Positions 39,352 through 49,094 of a stretch of DNA of 64,000 nt are shown here, piece after piece (positions within the stretch are counted from its first letter, which is position 1; the number at the start of each line of letters is the position of its first letter). A program made the position numbers and the translations under genes. The notes under the pieces are model-generated. The model did not search any database, was not told where the DNA came from, and saw only the letters and a list, made by a program, of their open reading frames with translations. Origin of the DNA: Oceanococcus sp. (GTDB lineage: Bacteria; Pseudomonadota; Gammaproteobacteria; Nevskiales; Oceanococcaceae); assembly GCA_041624435.1 (NCBI GenBank), contig JBFJVB010000002.1, positions 2,710 to 66,709 of the forward strand, written 5' to 3'.

Positions 39352-39371
39352 TGACCGATGGCAATCGGTCA
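39352..39371. promoter_or_regulatory. Perfect 8-bp inverted repeat upstream of the DUF1631-like pair
   Basis: TGACCGAT-GGCA-ATCGGTCA, about 30 nt before the start codon. Confidence 0.45.
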
Positions 39372-39547
39372 CCATCAGACAAGACGGTACGCTGACAGCA
39401 CAGGGCAAACAATCCTGAACAGCCAGGCCACAGCCAAGCGGCTTTCATGGGACGACGAAGGGTAGATTTTGGCCTTGATCCGACCCCGCTTCGCTACCGT
39501 CAGGTCCAGCTGCTGCGGCACCAAGCGCTCGCAAGGACTGCGGCTGA

Positions 39548-40102
39548 CTACCAGATCAAATCGTCAGGCACCTGGTAGTCCGCATAGGGGTCATCCTGTG
39601 CGACGGCCTGTTTGTCCTCAACGACCCGTGGATTCAGAAAGACCCGCAGGGGGATTTTCTCGGCCAGCTGGCTGGCGATGGCCGCAGGCATAATCTGATA
39701 CACGCCATCGAACCAGACGATGCCGAGTTCGCCCGCGCCGAGCAGACGACGCTGCCTGGCCCCGACATAGATATGGTGGACCGCCTGGTTCAGCTTGAAG
39801 TTGAACGCTGGATCGCTGTCTTGCGGCGCCTGCTTGCTGACGCCATGGGCGGCAATCAGCTGACGCACCCAATCGGCTTGCTCGCGCGCCTTGCGCTGCT
39901 GCTCGCGCTGGGCATTCAGGTTCCGATCGTGCTCGCGCTTATGCGCGGCAAGCGCCGCCAGTTCCGCGGAACGCTGCTGCTGCGCCTTGGACTTCTGTAC
40001 CACGGCCTGCTTGCCACGGGGCTTACCCTGCTTGGCCGAGTGAGCCTGTTTCTTGCTCACCAGACCGGCTTTGACCAGCTGATCCCGGAGTGAGTTAGAC
40101 AT
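39548..40102 (-). CDS. DUF2058 family protein (YaiL-like)
   Basis: SLRDQLVKAGLV N-terminus; DDPYADYQVPDDLIW C-terminus. Confidence 0.9.
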   Translation of the reverse strand: MSNSLRDQLVKAGLVSKKQAHSAKQGKPRGKQAVVQKSKAQQQRSAELAALAAHKREHDRNLNAQREQQRKAREQADWVRQLIAAHGVSKQAPQDSDPAFNFKLNQAVHHIYVGARQRRLLGAGELGIVWFDGVYQIMPAAIASQLAEKIPLRVFLNPRVVEDKQAVAQDDPYADYQVPDDLIW

Positions 40103-40194
40103 GATGACCTTACTGTTCGGAATGTGCGCGAGGCGCATTCTAACCGCAGCGACCCTGGCTTGCTTGGTTTAAGGCAATCGGCGCCCCCGGGAAC

Positions 40195-40698
40195 TCAAGC
40201 CCCTACGGTCTGAGCATCTCCCGCGTAAACCAGCTGCCCACGGCCAGGCGCCAGGCTGCTCCAGTCATCCGCCAGGCTGATCACGACCAGGCCGGTGGTG
40301 CGCAAGCCCGCAAGCCGCACCGGACGCAGCAAGCTGGCCGCCAGTTCCGACAGGCCGGGATTGTGCCCGACCAGCAGCAATGACCGGCAGTCCCTGGGCT
40401 GGCTACGAATCAGGGTCAGCAATTGCGAGGCCTCAGCCAGATACAGGCTGTCCAGCGTCTTCACGACCGGTCTGGGCTGCAAGGACTCCAGGCAAGCCAG
40501 CAAGATTGCACCCGTGGCGACCGTTCTGGTCGCAGAGGAAACCAAGATGCGGTCCAGGGGCCAGGGCTGGCGGGCGAAAAACTGTCCGACACGGCGCACA
40601 TCCTGCGCCCCGCGCGCAGTCAGCTCGCGGCGATGATCGCCCTCGCCCGCCGAATCCTCGGCTTGCCCGTGACGAAACAGATACAGACAACGCTCCAT
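40195..40698 (-). CDS. sixA: Phosphohistidine phosphatase SixA family
   Basis: LFRHGQAE, D..R.LT..G, SSA.R...T, VGHNP; start trimmed to 40698. Confidence 0.8.
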   Translation of the reverse strand: MERCLYLFRHGQAEDSAGEGDHRRELTARGAQDVRRVGQFFARQPWPLDRILVSSATRTVATGAILLACLESLQPRPVVKTLDSLYLAEASQLLTLIRSQPRDCRSLLLVGHNPGLSELAASLLRPVRLAGLRTTGLVVISLADDWSSLAPGRGQLVYAGDAQTVGA

Positions 40699-40780
40699 GA
40701 GTTTTCCTTGGCAGATCTCAAGCCCAGCCTGCCGACGGCACACTAGGGTCAAAGGCAATTTATGACTATGATGCGCCATC

Positions 40781-42025
40781 ATGCACAAGGCCAAATCGCA
40801 TTCCAAGCCACGCCCTGCCGGGCGGGCTGCCAAGCACCCTGAATCGCTGGCCGCCCAGGCGCCAGGGAGCCAGAGCGTCGATGCGCCTGACCCGGGGCGC
40901 GGGCCGCGCCTGCTATTTTTCAGCGGCGGCAGCGCCATGCACGGGCTCGCCCGTGAACTGAGGCTGCACACCCACAACAGCATTCATCTGGTTCCCCCGT
41001 TCGATTCTGGCGGCAGTTCGGGGGCACTGCGCCAGGCTTTCGATATGCCGGCCATTGGCGACCTGCGCAGCCGGTTGATCGCCCTGGCTTCGCCGGACCT
41101 GCCTGGCGCCCATGAGCTGGAAGTTTTTTTTGAATACCGACTGCCCGAGCAGGGGGATAACGCCAGCCTGCGCCTGCGGATCAACACCCAGCTGGAAACC
41201 CTGGGCTCTGCGCTGGCGTACCAGGACCCCGAACGCTTCGAGGGTTTGCGTTGCTCTCTCCAAGGTTTTCTCGACTGCATGCCCGCGAGTTTTTCCTTGC
41301 GCGGAGCCTGTCTGGGCAATCTGGTACTGACCGGAGCCTATCTGCAAGCCGGACGGGATCTGGAACTCGCCAGCGAGCGGGTCTCGGCCATACTCGGCAC
41401 CCTGGGTACGGTCCGCTGCACGGTTGCGGACGCCTTGCATCTGAGCGCACGCCTGGATTCTGGTGAAATCATCCTGGGCCAGCATCGATTGACCGGCAAG
41501 GAGGTCCACCCGCTCCAGTCCGGCATTGGCGAAACCTGGCTCAGCGCCACACTCGAAGACCCGCGACCACGGCACTGCGATCTGCCTGCGGCCAACCACC
41601 AGCGCATCATCAGCGCCGATGCACTGATTTATGCGCCGGGAAGTTTTCACACCAGTTTGATGGCGCATTTTCAGCCACGTGGGGTTGGCGCGGCGATTGC
41701 CGCAAACCGTGGCGTGAAGATCTATATCCCCAATCTGGGCCTGGATCCGGAGCTCCGCGACCGCACCCCGCTGCAAGCCCTGGGATTCCTGGTCAAGACA
41801 CTCCACCAAAGCACCGGTGATTCTCTGCCTACGAAGGCTGTGCTGAGCCATCTTCTGCTCGACCATGGTCAGCGCGAGCAGTTTCCACCCGAGGCCGTCG
41901 AGAGCCTGGGAATCAAGCCCTTGTACCGCGATCTGACCGGACCGGAGCACGCTTACTATGCGCCGGACAAAGTGATTGAAAACCTGCTCGGCATCCTCGG
42001 ACCCAGACCGCCATCTCGCCTATAA
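40781..42025 (+). CDS. CofD/YvcK-like protein, GAK-system type
   Basis: FFSGGSA, THNSIHLV.PFDSGGSS, IGDLRSRL, GQHRLTGKE, PGSF..S, PNLG.DPE. Confidence 0.8.
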   Translation: MHKAKSHSKPRPAGRAAKHPESLAAQAPGSQSVDAPDPGRGPRLLFFSGGSAMHGLARELRLHTHNSIHLVPPFDSGGSSGALRQAFDMPAIGDLRSRLIALASPDLPGAHELEVFFEYRLPEQGDNASLRLRINTQLETLGSALAYQDPERFEGLRCSLQGFLDCMPASFSLRGACLGNLVLTGAYLQAGRDLELASERVSAILGTLGTVRCTVADALHLSARLDSGEIILGQHRLTGKEVHPLQSGIGETWLSATLEDPRPRHCDLPAANHQRIISADALIYAPGSFHTSLMAHFQPRGVGAAIAANRGVKIYIPNLGLDPELRDRTPLQALGFLVKTLHQSTGDSLPTKAVLSHLLLDHGQREQFPPEAVESLGIKPLYRDLTGPEHAYYAPDKVIENLLGILGPRPPSRL

Positions 42026-42065
42026 GGACGAAGTCTCCGGTCCGGGCCACTACCAGACTCAGGCG

Positions 42066-43049
42066 ATGAACTATACCGTCACTGAAGTTACCATCAGCCG
42101 CCGCAGCCGCCTCGTGGTGGGCCTGCTCAAATGGGTACTGAAACCACTGATTCGCCTGTTCTCCAGCGTTTCGATTCTGACTATCGTGAAGAATCAGGTG
42201 CGTCTGGCCTCACGCTGGAAAATCCGCCTGCAGGATCTTGCAGTGGATTACGACCGCTATACCAATGGGGTGCCCGGACCGCTCGTCGGAGACTTTTCCC
42301 AGACCAGCAAGATCGCCATCCTGTACTTGCACGGCGGCGGCTTCCTGATTCCAGCCGTGCCGGAAACGCATCTGGAACTGCTGGCGCGGCTGTGCCGCCG
42401 CCTGGATGCCGTCGGCTTCATGCCGGACTACCGACTGGCACCGATGCACAAGTTCCCCGCAGCCCTGGATGATTGCGAGCGGGCCTACCGCGGCCTGCTG
42501 AATGCGGGCTTTGCCGCCGACCGGATTGTGGTTGCAGGCGAATCAGCCGGGGGCAATCTGGTCCTGGGCCTGCTGCAACGGATCCGCGCCAATGACTGGC
42601 CGATGCCGGCCTGCGCCATCCCCATTTCGCCAGTGGGTGAACTGGCCCGGGTGCATGTGCCGCTGTCTCGCGTCACCAACCGACGCAAGGATCCGCTGAT
42701 CCCGATCCATGCCATGGCGACCATGATGCAACTCTATGTCGGCGACCAGGATGCGACAAACCCCGAGATTTCACCGATTTATGCGGACTGCCGCGGCTTT
42801 CCACCGCTGTTTTTTCTGGTCGGCGAAACCGAAGTACTGCGCGACGACACGCTGATTATCGCTGAACACGCGCGCGCGGCCGGGGTCGAGACTCGTGTCG
42901 ATGTCTGGCCCATCCTGCCCCACGCTTTTCCCTTGTTCATCCGGATTCTGCCCGAGGCCCTGACCGCGCGGAATGACATGATCGATTTCATTCGCGCCCA
43001 CACCTCGATCCCCGTTGACGCCACCATTGCCCGTGAGGAGCTGCCATGA
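42066..43049 (+). CDS. Hormone-sensitive-lipase family esterase
   Basis: HGGGF oxyanion motif, DYRLAP, GESAGG, C-terminal H; start at 42066. Confidence 0.9.
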   Translation: MNYTVTEVTISRRSRLVVGLLKWVLKPLIRLFSSVSILTIVKNQVRLASRWKIRLQDLAVDYDRYTNGVPGPLVGDFSQTSKIAILYLHGGGFLIPAVPETHLELLARLCRRLDAVGFMPDYRLAPMHKFPAALDDCERAYRGLLNAGFAADRIVVAGESAGGNLVLGLLQRIRANDWPMPACAIPISPVGELARVHVPLSRVTNRRKDPLIPIHAMATMMQLYVGDQDATNPEISPIYADCRGFPPLFFLVGETEVLRDDTLIIAEHARAAGVETRVDVWPILPHAFPLFIRILPEALTARNDMIDFIRAHTSIPVDATIAREELP

Positions 43050-44941
43050 ATTACCACGACACCTATTCCCGTTCGTTGCATGACAAGGCCGGCTTCTGGG
43101 CCGAGCAGGCCGCCCAGTTGCACTGGGATGCACCCTGGGACGCGGTGCTGGATGAGAGCCAGGCGCCGATGTACCGCTGGTTCCCCGGCGGCAAGCTCAA
43201 TACCTGCTATAACGCCCTGGACCGGCATGTCGAAAACGGCCGCGCCGATCAGCTCGCGCTGATTTACGACTCGCCCGTCACCGGCAACAAGCGCCGCTAC
43301 ACCTACCGGGAACTGCGCGATGCCGTGGCCCGCTTTGCCGGCGCCCTGCAGGAACTGGGCGTGGTTCAGGGCGATCGCGTGGTGATCTACATGCCCATGG
43401 TGCCCGAGGCCGCGATTGCCATGCTGGCCTGCGCCCGTATCGGCGCCATCCACTCCGTGGTCTTTGGAGGCTTCGCCGCCCCCGAACTGGCCAAGCGGAT
43501 TGATGCGGCCGAACCCAAGCTGATCCTGTCGGCATCGTGCGGCATCGAACCGGGCCGCCTGATCGCCTATAAGCCCCTGCTGGATGAAGCACTGCTGCTG
43601 GCTGAACATGCAGTTGAGCACTGCGTGATCCTGCAACGCCCCGAATGCGCCGCAACGCTTGAGCCCGGACGGGATCTGGACTGGCTGGAACTGAGCGCAA
43701 CGGCACCCGCGGCGCCCTGCGTCAGTCTCAATGCGACCGACCCCTTGTATGTGCTCTACACCTCCGGCACCACCGGCAAGCCCAAAGGCGTGGTGCGCGA
43801 CAATGGCGGTCACGCCGTGGCCATGATGTATTCCTTGCAGGCGGTCTATCAGGTGCAGCCCGGGGAAGTGTACTGGGCCGCGTCTGACGTTGGCTGGGTG
43901 GTGGGTCATTCCTACATTGTCTATGGCCCGCTGTTGCTGGGCTGCACCACCGTGATGTTTGAGGGCAAGCCCGTCGGAACCCCGGATGCCGGCGCCTACT
44001 GGCGGATGATTGCCGAATACGGCATCCAGACGCTGTTCACCGCCCCGACGGCGTTTCGCGCCATCAAGAAAGAGGACCCACAGGGACGTCTGTTGGGCGA
44101 GCACGACATTTCCAGCCTCAAAGCCCTGTTCCTCGCAGGTGAACGCTCCGATCCCGATACCATTGAATGGGCGCAGCAACACCTCAAGGTGCCAGTGATC
44201 GACCACTGGTGGCAAACCGAGCTGGGCTGGCCGGCGGTCGCCAACTGCATGGGGATAGAGCCAATGCCGGTCAAACCGGGATCGGCTGCGGTTCCGGTGC
44301 CGGGTTTTGACATGCAGGTCCTGGATGAGCAAGGCCGTGAGCTGGGCCCGGATGAGATTGGCAATCTGGCCCTGCGCCTGCCTTTGCCACCGGGCAGCCT
44401 GCTCACCATGTGGAACAACGAGGCTGGCTACATCGAAAATTATCTCAGCCGTTATCCCGGCTATTATCTGACTGGCGATGCCGGCTTTCGCGATGCCGAC
44501 GGCTACGTGTCGATCATGTCCAGAATTGACGACATCATCAATGTCGCCGGCCATCGCCTGTCGACCGGATCGATGGAAGAAGCCCTGTCCAGCCATCCCG
44601 CCGTGGCCGAGTGCGCGGTGATCGGCGTGGCTGACCCGCTGAAAGGTCAGGTGCCACTCGGCCTGGTCGTTCTCAAAGCGGGTGTGGAGCAAAGCCATGG
44701 CAGCATCGTGGCCGAACTCATCGCTCAGGTGCGACGGGAAATTGGCGCCGTGGCCGCGTTCAGGCAGGCCGCGGTCGTCGCCCGTTTACCCAAAACCCGT
44801 TCGGGCAAAGTCCTGCGCGGCACGATGCGCAAGCTGGCCAACGGCGAAGACTGCCCGGTCCCTGCTACCATTGACGACCCCGACATTCTGGCTGAAATAG
44901 CCCAAGCCTTGCAGGGATTGGGCTATCCGCAACCAGCCTAG
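43046..44941 (+). CDS. prpE: Propionyl-CoA synthetase
   Basis: YTSGTTGKPKG, VIDHWWQTE, LPKTRSGK; ATGA overlap with the esterase gene. Confidence 0.8.
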   Translation: MNYHDTYSRSLHDKAGFWAEQAAQLHWDAPWDAVLDESQAPMYRWFPGGKLNTCYNALDRHVENGRADQLALIYDSPVTGNKRRYTYRELRDAVARFAGALQELGVVQGDRVVIYMPMVPEAAIAMLACARIGAIHSVVFGGFAAPELAKRIDAAEPKLILSASCGIEPGRLIAYKPLLDEALLLAEHAVEHCVILQRPECAATLEPGRDLDWLELSATAPAAPCVSLNATDPLYVLYTSGTTGKPKGVVRDNGGHAVAMMYSLQAVYQVQPGEVYWAASDVGWVVGHSYIVYGPLLLGCTTVMFEGKPVGTPDAGAYWRMIAEYGIQTLFTAPTAFRAIKKEDPQGRLLGEHDISSLKALFLAGERSDPDTIEWAQQHLKVPVIDHWWQTELGWPAVANCMGIEPMPVKPGSAAVPVPGFDMQVLDEQGRELGPDEIGNLALRLPLPPGSLLTMWNNEAGYIENYLSRYPGYYLTGDAGFRDADGYVSIMSRIDDIINVAGHRLSTGSMEEALSSHPAVAECAVIGVADPLKGQVPLGLVVLKAGVEQSHGSIVAELIAQVRREIGAVAAFRQAAVVARLPKTRSGKVLRGTMRKLANGEDCPVPATIDDPDILAEIAQALQGLGYPQPA

Positions 44942-44991
44942 TCGGACTTCGGTCGATCGCGCGGCTATTCGCGCCCATAGACAGCACGAGC

Positions 44992-45690
44992 ATGCGTAGC
45001 GAAAAAGCAGTTTTCATCACCGGTGGCGGCAGTGGCCTGGGCGCCGAAGTGGCGCTCTTACTGGCCCGCGACGGCTGGCGGATCGGTTTGGCGGGCCGCC
45101 GCGAGACGGCCCTGGAGGCCACTCGCCAGCGCCTGCTTGACGCTGGACACGCGGCGCAATGCTTCGCCCTGGACGTGGCGGACTTTGCTGCGGTCGAGCA
45201 GGCCATCCACGAATTTGCGCCCACGGCCGTGGTGAATTCGGCCGCGGTCCTGGGCCAGGGCGATATCATGGACAGCCTGGGGCCCGAGCAGTTCGCCGCG
45301 GTGCAGGCCATCAATGTGAACGGCAGTTTCAATACCTGTTGCGCGGCGATGCGCTGGTGGCACAGCCATAAACAACCGGGCGACATCGTCAACATCAGTT
45401 CGCTGTCCGGCATTCGCGGCATGCAGGCATTTCCCGGCTTTTCGGCCTATGCGGCGTCCAAACACGCGCTGGTGGGACTGACCGAAGCCCTGGCGCAGGA
45501 TGGTCGGGCCCATGCCATCCGGGTCAATGCCATCGCCCCCGGCATGATGCGCACTGATATGCTGGCACAGCTGGGGATTACCGCCAGCACGCTGCCACAG
45601 GAGATCGCGCCGACGGTCGCCTTCCTGCTGGATCGGCGACAGTCCGGCCCGATCACCGGCACGACGATCGAAATTCACTGTAACGATTAA
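44992..45690 (+). CDS. SDR oxidoreductase (candidate pterin reductase)
   Basis: TGGGSGLG, NISS, YAASK; 11 nt upstream of the PTPS gene. Confidence 0.82.
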   Translation: MRSEKAVFITGGGSGLGAEVALLLARDGWRIGLAGRRETALEATRQRLLDAGHAAQCFALDVADFAAVEQAIHEFAPTAVVNSAAVLGQGDIMDSLGPEQFAAVQAINVNGSFNTCCAAMRWWHSHKQPGDIVNISSLSGIRGMQAFPGFSAYAASKHALVGLTEALAQDGRAHAIRVNAIAPGMMRTDMLAQLGITASTLPQEIAPTVAFLLDRRQSGPITGTTIEIHCND

Positions 45691-45701
45691 CCGGTGCGAC
45701 C

Positions 45702-46151
45702 TTGAGATCCAATTCCACTCCCCCAAACCGACCTATCGTCTACCTCACGCGCCGCGAACATTTTTGCGCCGCTCACCGGCTCTGGTCAGATCAGCTCACC
45801 GAGGCCGAGAACCAGGCCCTGTACGGCCCCTGCGCCCGCCAATATGGCCACGGCCATAATTACTTCATGGAGGTCACCCTGCGCGGGCCGGTTGATCCCA
45901 AGACCGGCGTCATCGTCAACCTGACGCAGGTGCGTGATGCGCTGCACGAATTGATTCTGGAAGACACCGATCAGCGCCATCTGAATCACGATTCACCGCT
46001 TTGCGCGGGCATCAACCCCACCGCTGAAAACCTGGTTGTGCTGTTCTGGCAGGTTCTCGAACAGCGCTTCGGTACGCTTCTGTATGAAGTCAAAGTGCAG
46101 GAAACCGACAAGAACTGGGCCGTCTACCGCGGCGAACTCGACTCCAAGTAA
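45702..46151 (+). CDS. 6-pyruvoyl-tetrahydropterin synthase, CX5HGH (PTPS-II, animal-like) type
   Basis: F.AAHRL....L...EN..LYG.C...YGHGHNY, G.VDP.TG...NL, TAEN, ETDKN. Confidence 0.88.
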   Translation: MRSNSTPPNRPIVYLTRREHFCAAHRLWSDQLTEAENQALYGPCARQYGHGHNYFMEVTLRGPVDPKTGVIVNLTQVRDALHELILEDTDQRHLNHDSPLCAGINPTAENLVVLFWQVLEQRFGTLLYEVKVQETDKNWAVYRGELDSK

Positions 46152-46203
46152 TTTCCATCCACCGCCGCGGGCCTTCGCGGCTCAGCGACCCAGAGTAACC
46201 AGC

Positions 46204-47427
46204 ATGAGTACAGAAAAAATCATCATTATTGGCGGCGGCCAGGCCGGCGCGACGCTGGCCCAGGACCTGCGTAAGCAGGGCTACACCGGCGCGATCACCA
46301 TCCTGGGCGATGAGCCGCAGATTCCCTACCGACGCCCGCCCCTGTCCAAGGCCTATCTGGCCGGCGAGGCCAGCAGTGACAGCCTGTTTGTGATGAAGGC
46401 CGCGATTCTGGAGAAAAACCAGATCGAGTACCGGGGCGGCGTTGCCGTCACCCGCATCGATCGCGCCAACAAACAGCTGGAACTGGCCAATGGCGAAACT
46501 CTGCCCTATGACAAGCTGGCCCTGACCACCGGCGGCCGGGCCCGGCTGCTCTCCCTGCCCGGCGCGCAGGCAGCCAATGTATTGCCGTTGCGCACCGTGG
46601 CCGATGTCGACGCCATCCGGCCCTATTGCGAAGCCGGCCGGAATCTGGTGATCGTGGGCGGTGGGTTTATCGGTCTGGAAGTGGCCGCCGTGGCGCGTAA
46701 ACTGGGCCTGAACGTGACGGTTCTGGAAGGCCTGCCCCGGGTCCTGGCGCGCGTCACCGCCCCGCAGATTTCCGAGTTTTTTGAAGCCGCCCATCGCGAA
46801 GCCGGTGTGGACATCCGCACCAACGCCGCAGTGACCGCCTTTGAAGGCAACCCGGTAAGCCAGGTCGTCCTGGACAGCGGCGAGACGATTCCGGCTGATT
46901 TCGTGGTCATCGGCATTGGCCTGATTGCCAATACCGAACTGGCCAGCGAAGCGGGACTCGCGGTCGACAACGGGATTGTGGTGGATGAGTTTGCCCGTAC
47001 CAGCGATCCGGACATCGTCGCGGCGGGTGACTGCACCAATCATCCCAGCGTCTTCTACCAGCGCCGCTTGCGCCTGGAGTCGGTGAACAACGCGATGGAG
47101 CAAGCGCGGACCGCCGCGGCGTCTTTACTGGGGGTGGAAAAGCCTTACGACAGCGTGCCCTGGTTCTGGTCTGATCAGTATGATCTCAAGCTGCAAATGG
47201 TGGGCATTTCCGAAGGCTATGATCAAACCGTGTTGCGGGGCGACCCGGCGCAGCGCAGCTTTTCCCTGTTCTACCTCAAAGACGGCGTGATCATCGCCGC
47301 GGATGCGGTTAGTCATCCCAAGGATTTCATGGCCGCCAAGAAACTGGTCGCGGCCCGGGTCGCACCTGAGACCTCGGCACTGGGCGATCCCGCAACGGCT
47401 CTGACGGACCTGTTGCCGCCCAGCTAA
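46204..47427 (+). CDS. NAD(P)H-dependent ferredoxin/rubredoxin reductase
   Basis: GGGQAG, PY.RPPLSK, GGGFIGLE, AAGDC, RLES, PWFWSDQYD. Confidence 0.92.
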   Translation: MSTEKIIIIGGGQAGATLAQDLRKQGYTGAITILGDEPQIPYRRPPLSKAYLAGEASSDSLFVMKAAILEKNQIEYRGGVAVTRIDRANKQLELANGETLPYDKLALTTGGRARLLSLPGAQAANVLPLRTVADVDAIRPYCEAGRNLVIVGGGFIGLEVAAVARKLGLNVTVLEGLPRVLARVTAPQISEFFEAAHREAGVDIRTNAAVTAFEGNPVSQVVLDSGETIPADFVVIGIGLIANTELASEAGLAVDNGIVVDEFARTSDPDIVAAGDCTNHPSVFYQRRLRLESVNNAMEQARTAAASLLGVEKPYDSVPWFWSDQYDLKLQMVGISEGYDQTVLRGDPAQRSFSLFYLKDGVIIAADAVSHPKDFMAAKKLVAARVAPETSALGDPATALTDLLPPS

Positions 47428-47440
47428 GACTGCCGGGCGA

Positions 47441-48841
47441 TCAAGCGGCTGCCACCGGCCCGGCGGCGGCTTCGCCGGACAGTCCGGCCGCCTGCTCGAG
47501 TTCATCCAGGGCCTGGCCAGCGAACAGGGCCAGGTTCTGCAGATGGGGAATGGCGTCCCGACAACCGATGAAGCCGACACAAACATGTTCGGCATAACCG
47601 ATCACCGTCACATTCAAGGCATAGCCGTCGAACAGAATCGACATCGGGTACATGGATTCCAGTTCGGCGCCACGCAGATACAATTTGTGTTTGGTCAGCA
47701 CCACATTGGACATCACGAAATTGAAGAACGGGGGCAACTTGGCCAGGGTCCCGGTCATCTGCCCGGCCAGCAGAGGCGCCAGGCCCATCAAGGTGAATTG
47801 CTCCAGGGCCGTCGAGGACATGCTCAGCAGCTCTTTCTTGGCCCGTTTGGTCGTCGCATTGATCATTTTTACCCGCTCCAGCGGGTCGGGCTCATTGGTG
47901 GCCAGGGGACAGACGAAACCGGCCACGGCGTTGCCCGGCTTGTCATCGCTGCGGGGCAGAGCGACCGGCACCGAGGCATTGAGGGACTTGTCCAGCAGGG
48001 CATTGTTCTGGATCAGATAATGGCGAATCGCGCCGGAACAGATCGCCAGGGTGACATCATTGACCGTTACATCCAGTGCCTTGGCCAGGGCCTTGAGCCG
48101 GGCGAGTTCCAGACGCTGCGTGCCCAGACGGCGATGCGGCGTCACTGCCACATTGAAAATCGACGCTGGCGTTTCTGCGGAGGCGCGCACCGTGCTGCCC
48201 TCGCCCAGACTCATCTCCAGCAACTTGGTCGCCAACTGACCCAGCCCCTTGGCTTGCTCGCCAGCGTCCTTGAGCACCGCCGCCAGCTTTTTCGCCAGGC
48301 CGCGACGCAGCCGGGTCTGGGGCTTTTCCAGATCCTTGTCGCCCGGCCAGCGCATATCCTGGGGATCATCGGTCAGCCATAGCTTGGTCAGACGCATCGC
48401 GCCCATGCCGTCGATCGCGCAATGGTGTGATTTGAAGAAAATCGCGAAGCGATTGTCCGCCAGGCCCTCGATGATGTGGCATTCCCACAGCGGCCGGGTG
48501 AAATCGACGGGATTGGAGTGCAAGCGCTCCACCAGCTTACCCAGTTCACGCTCGCCACCGGGCTGAGGCAGGGCCAGATGGCGCACATGAAACTCCATGT
48601 CCATCTCGGTTTCTTCCCAGGCCGGCGCCAGATCGGCCAGGCGTCCCTGCACCAGACGGTATCCGAAGGGTTCGGGCATGAACGGTTTGGCGCGTAAATG
48701 CTCGACCATGTCGGCAATGAAACTTTCACTGGCATCAGCGGGCAATTTGAAGGTCATCAGACAGCCCAGATGCATCGGCGCCTGCTTGGTTTCCATCCGC
48801 AAGAACGCGGCATCCACCTGACTCAATCTGTGCTTCATCAT
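47441..48841 (-). CDS. Wax ester synthase / diacylglycerol acyltransferase
   Basis: D..FL..ET...PMH, PLWE, HHCAIDG catalytic motif, TVND, SNV. Confidence 0.92.
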   Translation of the reverse strand: MMKHRLSQVDAAFLRMETKQAPMHLGCLMTFKLPADASESFIADMVEHLRAKPFMPEPFGYRLVQGRLADLAPAWEETEMDMEFHVRHLALPQPGGERELGKLVERLHSNPVDFTRPLWECHIIEGLADNRFAIFFKSHHCAIDGMGAMRLTKLWLTDDPQDMRWPGDKDLEKPQTRLRRGLAKKLAAVLKDAGEQAKGLGQLATKLLEMSLGEGSTVRASAETPASIFNVAVTPHRRLGTQRLELARLKALAKALDVTVNDVTLAICSGAIRHYLIQNNALLDKSLNASVPVALPRSDDKPGNAVAGFVCPLATNEPDPLERVKMINATTKRAKKELLSMSSTALEQFTLMGLAPLLAGQMTGTLAKLPPFFNFVMSNVVLTKHKLYLRGAELESMYPMSILFDGYALNVTVIGYAEHVCVGFIGCRDAIPHLQNLALFAGQALDELEQAAGLSGEAAAGPVAAA

Positions 48842-49094
48842 CTCCCCCTAGTCTCCAGTAAACTCGCCGGTCGAATTTTTCAGTCGTATGCAGACGAATT
48901 CTACATGCCGCATCGACCCTGGGGCCAAATTCGCAATAGCCCATGAACTGATATTCAACAAGCCAGGCCGCACTCACCATCCAGACCCGATTTCCAGTAT
49001 TCTAGTCATCAATTTGGACGATATAGTGGACAATAATCCACGTTATCATGCTGGCTGGGAAAATTTTCAGACACGTCAAGGGGAGATTCGTCTG

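Noticed and set aside
42779-44698. 639-aa antisense ORF (also 1798-3009, 8526-9929, 10306-11553, 16320-17438, 29573-30826, 52148-53386)
   Set aside because: Shadow ORFs opposite well-supported genes in GC-rich DNA; no recognisable motifs
45702-46151. Annotation as queD
   Set aside because: The motif is CX5HGH with an animal-like loop rather than CX3HGH, and no queC/queE is nearby; symbol withheld
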